Source: Elsinoe ampelina (taxonomy: Eukaryota). Taken from it: 64,000 nt of DNA. The notes under the pieces are model-generated. The model saw only the letters and a list, made by a program, of their open reading frames with translations, was not told where the DNA came from and searched no databases. Positions 1 through 15,199 of the stretch are shown here, in pieces. The position numbers and the translations under genes are program-made. The DNA lies in the NCBI GenBank assembly GCA_010093995.1, contig ML992502.1:2612728-2676727 (forward strand), written 5' to 3'. Position 1 is the first letter of the stretch, and every line of letters starts with the position of its first letter.

Positions 1-157
1 TGGCGACCTTGGGGTCACGAGTGACGTTGGCGTTTCGGAGACGCTCGACCTTGAACGAGCGCTTGTGCAGGTGATTCTCAGGTACAGGTAGGGGTGCCGG
101 TGCGGCCAGCGCGACCGTGGCCACCGAAGCAGCGGCGACAAGTGACGTGAAATGCAT
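1..157 (-). CDS. 5' end (partial) of a secreted pepsin-like aspartic protease precursor
   Basis: Manual translation from ATG at 157 gives MHFTSLVAAASVATVALAAPAPLPVPENHLHKRSFKVERLRNANVTRDPKVA. It has a signal peptide, a KR site and an SFKV.R.RN pro-segment typical of fungal A1 proteases. The catalytic domain lies outside the window. Confidence 0.6.
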   Translation of the reverse strand, partial: MHFTSLVAAASVATVALAAPAPLPVPENHLHKRSFKVERLRNANVTRDPKVA

Positions 158-1521
158 GGCAAAATGTGAAGATATGTCCTCGGTACTGTCGAGAAATGAA
201 TGTAGTCACTGCAGGTAGGTTGCCAGTGAGATGGTGTGCACACGCAAGAAGGCCTTGTGAAGGAGTGACAAGGGAACGAGGGCAAGCAGTGTATCAAACA
301 CGTGCAAGCAACGAAAAGGTGCAAAGAAGGACAAATGCAAGACACAATCGAGCGCTGGGAAGAATCAAAGAAAAGCTCTGCAGGTGGGCGGCTCGATATA
401 TCAGGGTGACTTGACACGGTGGGCCCCGACAGGATGGCGAGAACGCCTCATCTGGACCTACCACTCCACTGGCATGGATCGCAGGCCCGGGAAAACAAGC
501 CGTGCAAAGACTCTGATGGCGTCGACAGAAGACTTGACAAGCTTCGTTTGAGAGTCTTGGTTGTGGAGAAAGGAGATGGGAGGGAGATCACCAGGAGGTG
601 TTTGCATGTGCAGCACGGGCTGAAGGAGCCAATGAGGAGTGCAGTGGCATGTTTCGACGGAGACGGCGTGGGCAGCGTCGAGCGGAAGCGAAGAGCCGTC
701 ATGGCGTATGTGGAGGTTCAACGGCGAGCCAGACCGAGCAGGGATGGGAGGATCGAGAGGCGAGATGGGTGTGCTGACGACGTGACTGTCCACGGGTGGT
801 TTGATGTGCCAAGGGCGTCTTGACGAGGACAAGCATGAAACAAGCCTCCCCAAATTGCTTGTGTCCGCAAGATGGAAGCCGGGCGCGAGTCGAGGACGAG
901 GAGTGATGTCGGAGAAAGAGGGTGAGATGCAGGAACAGGCTTCGCACCAGCGCATCACAATCTTGGGCGCCGCGTTTCTGTTGACGCTGACTGGACGAGA
1001 AGAGTCCGGGGTCGATTTTGTCGTTTGCTGGGACCACAAAAAGAGACCCCTGATGTTTCACAAAAATCTCTGAACCATCGGCGCCAGTCAATCCTGCCAT
1101 CTCGCCTGCTTACCTACAGGACATCTGTGCTGAACTGTTGTGTGACTAAAGCCCAAACCCCAAATGTCGATGAAACCAGCACCGCTTGTATTTGAACGGA
1201 ACCTTTGCCACCAGTGGAAATGCTCTTGGCTTTTGATGTGTAAAAGAAATTCTGGAAGCTTTGGTGGAAACCAAATGAACTTCTGAAAGGCACAAAAGCG
1301 ACGAGTGCCGATCCGGACTTTTGAACGGCCACAAGCGTGTACGGGAAGAAAATGCATTGGCTATTGCCATGACTATGAAGAATGCTTTGCTTTCTTTAGA
1401 TGTTCATGTAAAGGAGCAGAGACAACCATATCCTTTCCCGGCCGGACGTCAAAAGCCCCAGATCAAATCGCCCAGCTCCTGGCCCTTCCGGCAGATCTCC
1501 AACCCAGCCCTACTCCCTGCC

Positions 1522-3141
1522 CTACAATGAGCGCACGGGATACTTCTCCCTAAGGTATCCGCCGTACTTCATAAGCAAGAATGGTACCGGAACAGAGACA
1601 AGCGAGATGAAGCCCAACACGCTCGTTCCCCAGCCATATCCCAAGGCACTGTACAGCGGACCGCCAGCAAGCGGCACGAATGCTCCAAACGTACATCTCA
1701 ACACCGTGGCTGCAGCAATAGCAGACGCGGCATACATGGTGAAAGCATCTACCAGGTAGGTCTGCAATGGCAGCATGATCAACAGAAGACCAGATCCGGT
1801 GAGAACAGTGCTGAGCAATGGGAGCGCCCAGTGAAGCTGGAGCTGAGCTGTCCAGCCATAGGCGAATAGACCGATTGGTGTCAAAGGTGCCGTCCAGACC
1901 ATGAGTGGCAGACGGTGCTCTGGCTGCAGCGATCCTTCCTTCGCTTTGAGACCCATGGCGATCTTGTCGTTATACTTGAATGATACAAACATACCGATCA
2001 GGAAACCGACACCCTGTGGCATGAATGTGTATACCAAGTTCTGAGGCGCAATGTGGTATTGGTCAAGGAATATCGAGGGAAACGTCGTAAGCATGAGGAA
2101 AAGGTAGCCGTATGCGATGGCCACGTAGATCGAGGAGAAGAAGACGACGGGAGACAAGAAGAAGATCTTGATCGGTCGGATCATAGCTGTGGCGAGCAGA
2201 GCAGCCGGAGGTGGCAGGTTGACATCCAAGCTGGATTTGTGCTCCTTGCCGCCCTTCCAGCGGGTGAGGTCTCGAGCCTTCTGGCGGAGAACCGTCTTTG
2301 CATGCGTCTCGGTAAGTCCAATGAAGGATCCGATTGTGAGAGCGGCACCCTATCTCAAATTAGTCATTGTGCTTCTAGATGCCATGCGCGACTCTTACAA
2401 GCACAGCTAGAACCCAGAACGCAGATCTCCAGCCATAATGTACCGCAAAGTATCCTCCAATGATTGGTCCCAAGATCGGCCCAAGGATGGGTCCGAGCGA
2501 GTAGATGGCAATAGCACTCCCTCTCTTCTGCGGTGGAATTGTGTCCGCGATAGTTCCAGCACCAATAGCCACCGGAGCTGCGCCTGCACAACCAGAGAGG
2601 AAGCGGAAGACGATCAGCATTGGCAGATTCGTTGACACGGCGCAGATGATGACTGTGACGAGGAAGAACAAATTGGACCCGTGGTACAGAGCTGTTCTCC
2701 CGTAGATCTCGGACAGGGGTGCGAGCAACCTGAAGGCATCAGCCATGGACATGATCAGTCTGAATATTGACGAAACTCACATCGGTCCGATCGCGTAGCC
2801 CAGTACGTAGATGGAAACCACCATGGAAGCCAGCACCTTGCTCGAGCTGCCAAATTCATGCATGAGCTCAGGGATACCAAGCTCCGGCATAGCAGTACCG
2901 AGCGAGCTACAGTATCATTAGATCTTCCCGAAGCCACCACGCAATTTCTGTTGAAGACTCACGCAACAAACGTGATCAGACTGACGATCGCCACGTTGAG
3001 GTTCTTCTTGCTCTGAGCCCAGTTCATTGGGTTGGTCGGATCATTCTCGTCTTCCCAATCGACGTAGATGACTCCTCCCTCTTCTTCCGAATCAGGATCC
3101 ACCTGTCGGATCGTGCCATAACCTGCGTTGCCTGGACCCAT
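1522..3141 (-). CDS. MFS drug:H+ antiporter (DHA1 family), multi-exon
   Basis: Motifs VDWEDENDPTNPMNW, APLSEIYGR, FRFLSG, GPILGPIIGG, PEHRL and YLVDAFTMYAASA are present. The exons checked join in frame across GT-AG introns. Confidence 0.9.
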
Positions 3142-3893
3142 TGTGGCGGGATGAGCTGGATTGTGCTAGAGGCGTAGGTCCGGGGGGACTGCTGCAGGCT
3201 CTGGGAGACAAATTCACTTCGTGAGAAGTCCTACCACACACAGAGTAAAGCTGGCACATCGTAGCACTGGCGCTGAAAGCATTCTTAAGAAAAAAGTGTT
3301 CCGCCAACTTCCAGGGTTCGGTCACCGAGCTGTATCACCAACTCCCCGAGGAGCGAAACATCACTTACCGCCAATGCTTGTTGGAATTATGCTTTGGGCA
3401 GTAATAGTCATTGTCCAGCTATACATGTCCATTGAGTTGTTTTCCATTGTACAGATTCATGGAGTAGGAAATGTGCTCCAAGTGTTGATCGGAGCCTCAT
3501 CCAGACACGCCATCTTGTGGACGCTAATCCACCTGAGATCACATAGAAACGAAATCAGGGCTTGAAATAGCCAAGAGGATTAAACAATTGCCGGAAGGCA
3601 AGGATCAGATACTCGCAATGTATCGAATGCTTGACATGTGATGCGGCTCTGTTATGCACAAAAAGATGTGTGTTTGATGTGCAGCGGTCGCGCTGATCTT
3701 CAAAGTGAGATTTTGCTTGGCAGTCCGGTTGTGCACGGAACGTCATCAAATCTTACATCCAGCACCTTCAGTTCCTTGACAAACCTCTGCGCCAGGACAG
3801 CCACACTACACAGACAGGCTACTGCTAGTACAGAATACCCAGCGCAACTACTATAAAGACCAGGCTACCGATCAGCGAACCCATAAAGGAGCC

Positions 3894-5076
3894 ATGGCGC
3901 TCCCAGCCCTTGTCCGGGTCCTCCGGCCTCGAGTATGTTTATCCTGATCGCGCGTACGAAGCGCATACCATGATCGAGAGTACTGACGAGCGATAGTCCT
4001 TCTTCCACTTCATCTCCCTCCTCACAGCGACCGAATTCATCACGATCTCACTTCTAATCAACAAAGTCGAGGGCGTCTATGGCATCCTTGCTCTCTTTAC
4101 CGGCTACCATCTCTCAGCCCTCCAACTCTCCATGTACATCTACTCGATAGTAGTCCTAGGGCTTGTCTGCTACCTCGGTCCTCACATCCGCAAGCAATCG
4201 CCGTTACAAAATCTCGCATTGGCATGGATATACATCCTCGACTCCATCATCAATGCCGCCTACACGGCCCTCTTCGGGCTCGGCTGGTTCATCCTCCTCG
4301 CGCAACACCTCAACCCATCCCCATCCCAAGACAGCGACTCCCCCGTGACCACCACCCCCGGCTCCAAAATGATCAACGACACCGCGGGCTTCACCGACCC
4401 CGAGGCCGGCAAAGTCGACAAAGTCGAAGTCATCGCCGAAGCACGCCCAGACAAATTCCCCCCCGGCCAAGACGCCAAAGCCTACGGCATCAAAGACGGC
4501 AGCGGCCTCGGCAACGCCGTCTTCCAATCCGGCAGCATAATGAGCATAACCATCATCTCCCTCCTCTGGTTCGTCCGCCTCTACCTCATCCTCATCATCA
4601 TGGCCTACGCCCGCCAGGTGCTCCGCGGGTACGCACAGTCCCAATCCCACTCCACCACCACCTCCAAACCCGACGACCCCGCCCTCGACCCCACCACCAC
4701 TGTCGTCCCCCCCTCTTCCGACCCCAGCATGCTCCCCAACCCCTTCTCCCCCACCTCCCCGCTCGGCCAAGGCTGGGCAGGCAAACTCGGCCGTCTCCTC
4801 ACCCGCTTCCCGGCCTCGTACTGGCTCGGCCGCGACGAGGTCGACGAGGAATGGGTGCGCGGCGCGGACGAGCGCTTCCGGCGACGATCGACGCGCGGGA
4901 CGGTGTTGAAGAATCCGCCGCCGCCGTCGGCGGGGAGGGGCACGAGGGAGAGGGAGAGGAGGGCGAGGAGCGGGACGGGACCGCCGGCGCCGAGTTTGGA
5001 GTTGGTGGGGAGGAGGAGTGGGGAGATTGGCGTTGGGATTGGGCTGGGTGGGGAGGGGGGGAAGGGGGAGTTGTGA
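3894..5076 (+). CDS. KEI1: Inositolphosphorylceramide synthase regulatory subunit Kei1 (DUF1753)
   Basis: ATG at 3894, then a GTATGT..TAG intron, then SFFHFISLLTATEFITISLLINKVEGVYGILALFTGYHLSALQLSMYIYS leading into ORF 4132-5076. Confidence 0.85.
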
Positions 5077-5390
5077 TTTTCAGCTTAACGAAGTGCGAGG
5101 GGTAAAGGGGGCATATCAGGGCGTTTTTGGGGGGGGAGATGGTACATAGCGGGCGCTTCTGAGGTGGTGCCGTAATGCATAGTTTGTTGCGGTCACGTTT
5201 TGAAGCAATGCAGCGCATCGTCCAGTATCTCAATATGAATCCGTAGCAAGACCATAGCTCCCGTATGCTGCTGGCCGGTCCACGCTCGTCTTCGTTTCCA
5301 GAACATGCAGGAAGAATCGAAGAAAGTTGGTATCGCTGAACTAAATCGCTATCCTGTACAAGTCCATCCTCTTCTCTCCTCCCCTCCACA

Positions 5391-6285
<895 letters not shown>

Positions 6286-6697
6286 GGTTCTGTTGTCCTT
6301 GGAAGCTTGCGGCCTAGCCCTGCTCTGACCGAGAGCTCGCGAGAGTGTTTTGGATGTGTGATATCGATGATCTCTACAATGTGGATGTCCTCGAGAAAGA
6401 AGGATGCGTCAGTCGGTGTTGTTGTCGTTGCTTGGCTGGTAGATCGATAGTGGAGACAGTGTTTTGTTCTCGGTGAAGCTCTGGACTCCTGGAGATCGCA
6501 CGAGGTCATGACTACTGCTTTTGCTCTAGCGTTCTCGCTTGATCAGAGCGGCACGCACCGTCGGGCGGAGAGATCGCCGACGTCCGTGAGGGCTTCGAGA
6601 TTTTTTGAATTCCGCTTGCGCCTTGAAGTATGAGAAATTAGCACATATTCACTGCACGCTTGCTGGATTTTCAAATCGATCATCGTTTGGTACGACA

Positions 6698-8044
6698 ATG
6701 TCGGCCTCTACAGTAGCTCCGGCGCAGCACAAACAACCATCTCGAAAAGGCAAAAAGGCATGGCGGAAAAATGTCGACATTTCCGAAGTACAGGCTGGTT
6801 TGGAAGATGCTCGAGAAGAGGTTATCTTCGGTGGCATAATCAGTGAGAAGCCGTCGGAACAGCTGTTCGTTCTAGACACGACCGGAAGCGAAGATATCAA
6901 GGAGAAGCATTTCAAACATGCAAAGCCACTCAAAGCAGACGAGATCATTGCAGCAAGGACTTCGGCAGTCGCTCCCCTCGGAGGCAAGAAACGGAAGAGC
7001 CTACTCGCCGAGGACATGCCAATGAAAAGAAGCAAGCCGAACACATACATCCCACACGCCGAGGTTCAGCGGCTCAGAGCATCTGCCGCGGATGGGGAAA
7101 GCAGGAAGATCATTGTGCAAGATGGAGTGAACCATGATCCATGGGCTGTGCAACCGAAAATCCAAGATCCAAGATTCGACTTTCTCGAAGAGAAGCAGCC
7201 CATTAGAGAGCCGACCACTCTCAAGCATACGCCGGTGTCTTTGACTGCCAGTGGAAAGGCCGTGGCAGCGGTCAAGAAGCCGGAAGCAGGCAAATCATAC
7301 AATCCCCAATTCGAAGATTGGCAGAGCGTTGTCGAAAAGGCTGGAGAGAAGGAGGTCGCGGCGGAAAGGAAGAGATTGCAAGAAGCACAAGAGGAGGCTG
7401 AGCGCATGGAAAAAGCGTTGGCAGAGGCAGCAAAGCCTGATCCGGTGAGCGATGATGAATACGAGAGTGCTTGGGAGAGCGAGTGGGAAGGCATTCAAAG
7501 TGGTAAGGAAGAGGAAGATGATAGCCTGACGAAGAAGAGACCCGAGAGGAAGACACAAGCGGAGCGGAACAAGATCAAGAGAAGAAAGGAGAAGGAGAGG
7601 GCGGAGAAGCATGAGAGGGAGATGAAGAAGCGTGAGGAGCAGCAGCAGAAGATCCGGGAGATTGCAAGGGAGGTGAAGAGGAAAGAGGCAGAGCGTCGAG
7701 CTCAGGTCGCGATTGTATCGCAGGACAGCAGTGAGTCCGAAGGTGAGGAGGTATTGAGGAGGAGGAAATTGGGCAAAGCCTTGTGAGTTTCTCTTCGGAG
7801 AATCATGATGGGATGTATACTGACATTGTCCAGCTTACCGGAAGCACCCTTGGAAGTGGTGTTGGCAGACGAATTGCAAGACTCTCTGCGTGCTCTTCGA
7901 CCTGAAGGGAATCTGCTCAAGGACCGCTACAGGAATCTGCTGGTCAATGGAAAACTGGAGATGAGGACGCGTACGCAGCACAAGAAGCCAAAGACGGAGA
8001 GGACAGAGAAGTGGACCTACAAGGATTTCAAACTCCCAGCATAG
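6698..8044 (+). CDS. NOP53: 60S ribosome biogenesis protein Nop53
   Basis: N-terminal QPSRKGKKAWRKNVD, LFVLDTTG motif and C-terminal DELQDSLRALRPEGNLLKDRY...EKWTYKDF; one intron near 7783-7833. Confidence 0.93.
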
Positions 8045-9364
8045 AAGCTGCCCATTTCGAATTCACGAACACAAGGCACTGCCACATGCTCGAAACATGA
8101 TTGCCTAGCGTTGTGATAATTGACTTTGTAGCTTGTCGTGATTTTGATCGGGGTGGCCGTGACTGCAACCACCTGACCGAGTTGCTGCAGGTCTCAAAAT
8201 CTAGTTGCTACTAATTCAGGCACCTTGAACACTGATGCCTGAGATTAATGAGCATCAGCCTTGATGGTGGCTTGATCAATCGTTCATCTCCGCTGTCAAA
8301 AACAACCTGCAGTGAAGCAAGACGGTCTAGATCTACCTGTGGCTGTGCGTTCCTCTTCCGGCAAACGCAATTTTCTCCCTCCGCGACGTCAGGGAATTAG
8401 TGTCGCTGGACGGTGTCAAGGATTAATTTAGGGCTCGCAATCATCGGTGAACTCAGCAAGGGAGAAGTCGGGCTGCAGCTGTAGAACTCGCATGTCTCGA
8501 GTGATCGAAAATACAGTCTATCAAGGATGAGACGAGGGGTTGGCAGAGCATCACTTCCAGACAAGAGATGGCTAGCATGTGAAATGCGGCTGCAGCTCTA
8601 GAGCTTCAGACCGCATCCCTACCAGACCTAGACTTTGGAACGACCAAGGGGAGGTTGACTTTAGCTTGTTGTCCTCAGACGGTGTACTGTATACATGTTG
8701 CAACGTTGGCCGATCTCAAGCTCTTCAAGATTGCAAAAAGGTTATTACCCGGTGCCAACGTGAAAGGTGAAAGGTGAAAGGGAGGGACCACAATCGCAAT
8801 CAAACTCATCTACTGCAACAACTCAAAAGAGCATAGCTCGGACATGGCAGCGCCTAGGGCCTGGAACCCGGCCATTTGAAAGCCACATGAGGCGGTGCGA
8901 CCATCCCACGCAGCGTGATCGATTTCATCGATGGTGGCCTGCCAGACACCCAAGACAGTGGAGATATATAGATCTGAGGAAATGCGGTAATAGATGCGAC
9001 AGACACACCTCTCTACCGCTGGACGCACACGCGGAAAAAGCATCCTTGATCGAATTTGCAGCAATTGACCTCTCGGTCGTTGTGAGACAGTGCACCCGCA
9101 GAACGCAAATCAGTGCAAAATCCTCGTCGATCCCGAACCGTGCTACGTCACGGAGCGCTAGCGCGTCAATCCAAACTTGTGGCTTGCACGACAACGCAAA
9201 GCGACGCAACGATTCGATTCGCAACGAGCCTCATATTTACTCAGACCTCCCTGCTCCATTCCTCCTCGGACGACTACTCCTCTGTTGCGCTGCGACACCT
9301 TCACAACACCTTCACCTACCTCTGGTGAACACGAGCTGCTTTACGATCGCAGAGGCGCCCTACC

Positions 9365-9516
9365 GTATGTGCATCCCCCTCTCGGAGCTTCCCCTTCCCC
9401 ACCTCCTGCAATTTCCCATATCGCGCGTCCCATTTTCTGCGCTATACCATCGAAATTTGTCCTCCAGCACAGAGGAGTCCTTCACTCAGCAATTGCTTAA
9501 GCTAATGCTCTTCTAG
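9365..9516 (+). other. Probable 5'-UTR intron of the CSC1/OSCA gene
   Basis: GTATGT donor at 9365, GCTAAT branch point at 9501 and TAG acceptor at 9516, 65 nt upstream of the ATG at 9581. Confidence 0.55.
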
Positions 9517-9580
9517 CTCTGACCTGAGCTTCATCGCTCCCTCCGTCTCGTCTCCGATTCGATCTTTCTGATCGCCCATC

Positions 9581-12279
9581 ATGTCCACTGACCAAAGTCA
9601 AGACCAGAACATTGGGTCTGCTCAAAATGCCGATGAAAACTCAGCTTCGGCTTCGACCCTGGTCTCCACACTCGTACCAGTGCTCGTCTTCGCTGGTATC
9701 TACCTCGCCCTGTTCTTGCTCCTCAGGTATGTCAGGTGCTCCGGCGGCGACGAAATGCTATATCTGACAATTTTCTAGGACAAGATTCGAGCGCGTGTAC
9801 CAGCCTCGTAGTTACGTCTCAACATTGAGATCGAATGAAAGATCGCCTAAACTACCCAATGGCCTATTCAATTGGTTCAAGGCCTTCTGGCAGATTCCGG
9901 ATACCTACGTTCTCAACCACCACAGTTTGGACGGCTTTCTTCTCCTCCGTCTCCTCAAGCAGGCCGTGGTTGCCTGCCTGGTTGGTATGGCCATCACCTG
10001 GCCTATCCTCTTTCCCGTCAACGCGACTGGAGGTGGTGGACAGAAGGAGCTCAACGTGATCACCATCGGCAACATCACCAACAATTATTACCGCTACTTT
10101 GCCCACGCTGGTTGCGCGTACTTGTTCTTCGGCTACATCATGTACATGATCACTCGCGAGAGCATCTACTACATCAACCTCCGCCAGGCTTACCTCTTGT
10201 CTCCACTTTACTCCAGCCGCATGTCATCCCGCACTGTCCTGTTCACCTCTGTCCCTGAGGAGTACACCAACGAGACCAAGCTTCGCCACATCCTAGGCAA
10301 CTCGGTCAAGCGCGTGTGGGTCGCGACTGATACCAAAGAGCTAGACGACCTGGTTGAACAACGTACAAAGGCTGCCATGAAGCTCGAAGCCGCCGAGACC
10401 AAGCTCATTCGCAATGCCAATGGTGCTCGCATCAAGGCTGAGAAGAAGGGCGGATCCGGTAAGAAGACCGCCAACACCACTGCCACAAGCGCCGAACTAG
10501 AGAACGGACATGGTGGACGCGCTGCTCAGTGGTTGAACCCCAAGGACCGCCCGACCCACAAGCTCAAGCCCTTGATCGGCAAGAAGGTCGACACTATCGA
10601 TTGGTGCCGTGCTGAGATCACCAGGCTCAACCCTCAGATCGAGAAGGAGCAGATCAAGCACAAGGGTCTCGAGGTCAAGACTGTCAACTCGGTTTTCGTC
10701 GAATTCACCACTCTCGCAGAGGCTCAAGCTGCTTACCAGAGCTTGACCCACCACCAGGTCTTGCACATGGCACCACGCTTCACTGGCATTACTCCTGGCG
10801 AAATCATCTGGAAGAACCTGCGCATCAAGTGGTGGGAACGTATAATCAGGCTCATTGCCACCACGGCATTCATCACCGTGCTCATCATCTTCTGGTCTAT
10901 CCCTGTCGCATTCGTGGGTTCCATCTCGAACATCAACTCGCTGACGGAACTCTTGCCCTGGCTGTCTTTCATCAACAGTATCCCACCCGCCATTCTTGGA
11001 GTTGTTACCGGTTTGTTGCCCTCCATCCTTCTGGCTGTGCTCATGGCTCTTCTACCCATCATTCTGCGTCTAATGGCCAAGCTTTCTGGTGATCCGACCT
11101 TGTCAGCCGTTGAACTGTCCACTCAAAATTACTACTTCGCCTTCCAGGTCGTTCACGGTTTCCTGGTCTGTACACTTGGCTCAGCTGCCTCTGCTGTGGT
11201 GCAAGGCGTGTCTGAGAATCCTGCCTCGGCCCCGAGCTTGCTCGCATCGAACATTCCCAAGGCCAGCAATTTCTACTTGTCCTACTTTATTCTCCAGGGT
11301 TTGGCAGTCGTGTCGTCTATGCTATTGAAATTGAGTGGTCTGGTCATCTTCATTGTGTTGAGCAAGCTCCTGGACAACACTCCCAGGAAGGCCTACAAGC
11401 GATTCATCACTCTCGCTGGCGTCGGATGGGGTACTCTCTTCCCCATCTACACGGTTCTGTTCGTCATTGGTAAGAATGTCCCCCATCATAGTATGAATTC
11501 CAGCTAATCTTCTCACAGCTATCTGCTACTCCTGCATTGCGCCATTTGTTCTTTTCTTCGCCACTCTTGGTCTCTACTTCTTCTACATCGCCTACCGATA
11601 CAACCTGCTCTTCGTCAACAACGCTACCATTGATACCAAGGGCCGCGTCTATGCCCAGGCCCTGCAACACCTGTTCGTCGGTCTCTACGTTGCGGAAGGA
11701 TGCTTGATCGGTCTCTTCGCCATCGGCACCGGAGAGTCCATTGGTGCGCTCGGTCCATTGGTCCTGATGATCGCCCTCCTCGTCTTCACCGTCCTCTACC
11801 ACATGTCCTTGAACTCGGCTCTCAAGCCTCTCATCGACTTCCTGCCCAAGTCCCTCGAGGCTGAAGAACGCCGCCTGCTCGAGGACGAGAAGCTCGCAGA
11901 GGCCAACGGTAACACCAATGGACACTCCAATGAGCTCGGCGCTGCGCCGCACAAGAAGCCCAATATCCTCACCAAGTTCCTCAAGCCCCACATCTATAAC
12001 GACTTTGCCACCATGCGCCGCCTCGTACCCCGCGAGATCGAGATCCGCTACGAAGGCACCGAGGAGGAGAACGCCTACTACAACCCAAGCATCACTGACG
12101 AGCTGCCTCTTCTCTGGATCCCCAAGGATCCTCTCGGAATCAGCGCCCATGAGGTCAGGGATACCCCCAAGGATATCCCCATCACTGATGAAGGTGCTTC
12201 GCTCGATGAGAAGAACAAGATTGTCTGGGACCAGGAGAGTGGACGTCCTCCCATCTACCAGCCTACCGTCTATTACTAG
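9581..12279 (+). CDS. CSC1/OSCA/TMEM63 (DUF221, RSN1/PHM7-like) calcium-permeable membrane channel
   Basis: Motifs YQPRSY, LDGFLLLRLL, PILFPVNATGG, SRTVLFTSVP, GKKVDTIDW, IIWKNL, YFAFQVV and NIPKASNFYLSY; multiple TM helices; two introns (about 9727-9778 and 11469-11517). Confidence 0.93.
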
Positions 12280-12603
12280 ATGGTAGAGCTGATCGGCAGA
12301 AGGTCGGGAAGGTGGCGGTAGCATAGGGACGGAGAAGTAATGTGTCCCGGAGCATGTCATGACGACTAGAATGGATCTGGATTTTTCCACGGAGGAGTGA
12401 ATGGTAGATACCCTTGGTTAGTTCCTTTGGCTAGGATGAGCAGTATGAAATGCGTAATTCTCAACCCTCCTGATTCGGCCAATACAATACATGACTCTCG
12501 GACACTGTTCGTGCAGCTATGAGCCTTGCGCGCCGCCGCTCCGGAGTTGGCTTCCTTGGCCCTTCTTTGCCCCGGGTACGTAATCTTTCGTCTCATAGGC
12601 AGT

Positions 12604-14882
12604 TTACTTCGACGGCTGCTGGGTCCCAACGGTGTCCTGTCGACCCTCTGAGAAGGCAAACGTGTCACGCAAGGTCTTCCTTGCAGGAAACGAGTCTTCG
12701 TCCCTGGGCCTTCCCTTATCGCTCTTCAGCTCCCCACGAGCCGTGGACGTTCGCGAGGAAGACTGCTTGGCCGACCTACCACTTCCTCCGTTGGCGATGT
12801 CGAAGGGGCTATCTGGTCCTCGTCTCTCGATCAGTTTCAGCGCTGCCGTGGTGTGCTCGTATTCAGACGGCTCGACCAGTGCGATGGACGGATCTCGTCT
12901 GGAGATGAGTTTGCCGTGGTGTAGCTTGATGCGGCTGTGGACGTCGATTATCAGCGACCCGCCTATGATGCACATGGTTTGTCCCGTCTTGGACTTGTTG
13001 TAGGCGTCCTGGCAGTATTGGCAACTTGCAGCGTGAGTCTCAAATGTCGTGACGCACTCAATTTCCTCTGGGTTCAGTTCTCGTGGAGCAGGCTGGATGG
13101 TTGTGGTGGACGGTGCGAATCGGACTTGCCGCCTGGTACTGGGGGTCGCCTCCACGGAAGTACTTCTTCTGGTAAGCATCTGTCCCACTACCTTCTTAGC
13201 ATCGCGGCCTCTGTACTCTTGTCGGATGAGGTCTCTTTCCAGTTCCAGACGTTTGATCTCCTGCTCGATGTCGTGATGGGAGCGTTCAACTCGCAGGGTG
13301 CGTTCTAGCCCAAGATGCTGATGGGGTGGCGGCGGGGGAGGAGGAGGGGGAGGAGGCGGTGAGAACGGGGACCGAGTGAGATGGACGTCGTCAGCCATAT
13401 CATCGCCCATTACTTCCCTCGCCGTTGCTGTAGATAGCACGCAACCTGGATCCCTCCTCGAAACTTGGGCAACGGCCTGCGCGTGACGTCTACCCAAGTC
13501 CTCTTGATCGCAAACGATACTAGCATACTTGTAGAGATGCTCTGCGACATGACGAGTGTAGCTTGTCAGGTCCATACTCTGTGCCTGATTTGCTAAGCAG
13601 AGTGGACATGATAGGTGATGCGACGAGCTGGAACGACGACAGATGTCGAACAAAAGCGATTTCGGAGCATCTTTGTATTCGACTGGATGTTCTGCTTGCA
13701 AATGTCCCTCGAATCCAACTTTGTCCCGAAACGTTGGATGCGTCGCATCCGGGCACTGATACTCTTGCATATAGCATGACACTTCATGACGAATCCATTG
13801 GTTTTCGGTATCGTACAATGTGCCCGGCGTTGCGCAGTCATCATGGGTGCAGCAGAACGGCGATAGGAGTATTTCACTGTGAAATGTTAGTAACTGACAT
13901 ATGTACAGTATGTGTAAGCACAAACTCATGGTCACTCCCAGATGCTGCGACAATCGTCGTGTGCTTGATGCCGCTTCCAGTTTGAATACTTCTTTGGCGG
14001 TCTCGAATGCGTCGTTCTTGGTTGGCATCTTTCAGCCGTCCTTGCAATATTTGAGATGCCGCCGGGAAGTGGTCTGAAATGTAAGCGGCATCTGTTGCAG
14101 AGTCCAATGTCTCCTCATTGGGGACTACGCCGAGATAAACGTCAGACTGCGGCGCAGCAGACATCAGATTATACAGTTTGATGACATGCGATATCTGTTC
14201 GCTAAGCGAGCCAAGCAGTGAGTCGAGTTCAGTCCCTTGCTCTGGCTCCGCTTCATCCATGAATGTTAGCTCAAGCTCGCTGTTTGTAGAACTTGAATCC
14301 GTGTCGCCTGCCGCATTATCAGATGAGACGAACTGTGCTATGAGTTGAAAAGTGGACTTCAATTCCTCGTCAGGTAAAGGTAATTCGTCGTCGACCACTC
14401 CTTGATCGTCGTCCGATTGACAGTTGGTCGTCCGAGCCTGAGTCCTTGTGCACACTGTTCTTGTAAGACGGCGCTGAACGACTAATGACACGATGGACCA
14501 CGAATCTCTGCTTACAGATCGACACCGTTCCGTTCAGATCCATCAAGGCGTCTGTGAGGAACTTGGTATTATATGAGCTATGTTGGGGACTCGATACTGG
14601 AGGTCCAATGTTGACATGCCCCACATCTAGCCCAGATGCCTCATACCAGGTCCAGAACCGGTCGACGCAAGTCTGCAAGCTGTCCATGCGATCATTGGTG
14701 GTTTTGCCTGGGAGCCTGTACCACACATGAAGTGTTTGTAAACCGATTTTAATCTGGTCGCAGATTTGTGTCAAGCTCGGTGTCCAGTATGGTGGTTGCA
14801 AATCTGAGCTCGAAGACGAATCTTGCCCAGGTCGATGTTTGGGCGTGAATGCTGAATTGCGTTGAAAAGCAAATGGCTCCAT
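12604..14882 (-). CDS. Hypothetical fungal protein with degenerate C2H2-like zinc fingers and a polyproline tract; exon structure uncertain
   Basis: Three consecutive minus-strand ORFs. Motifs PFCCTHDDC...WIRHE, CPD...FEGHLQAEH and CPLC...YTRHVAEHL, plus a Pro run. The first exon junction could not be resolved cleanly. Confidence 0.55.
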
Positions 14883-15199
14883 GGCGGCGGCGGTAAGTCA
14901 GCATGGGTCGGGAAACGATGCCTTTGGCTGGCCATCCTTTGGAAGGAGCAGACAAGGTCGGAGACAGAAGATCAAATGATGAGTTCGCAGGAAATTGTCG
15001 TCATACCAGGTATGCAAGTTGTACTCAGCTGAGAAATGAAGGCGTCAGTCCAAGGCAGAAGACCCCGCAGCTGAGCTGACACGCGGCAGCACGCATGTGG
15101 TCAGAAAACCAGGCAACCTAGATCTAGCAATGTTTTGTGTAGACGGTGTTTTGCGACCTTTTGTCGAGCCCTGCAAAGAACATCTTTTACTACGTCGGT

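Noticed and set aside
166..1500. Short ORFs between the protease and the MFS gene
   Set aside because: None has recognisable motifs; the region is best explained as the protease promoter/5' leader and the MFS 3' UTR.
8579..9516. 249-aa ORF at 8767-9516 upstream of the OSCA gene
   Set aside because: It has a non-ATG start and no motifs, and it overlaps the probable promoter and 5'-UTR intron.
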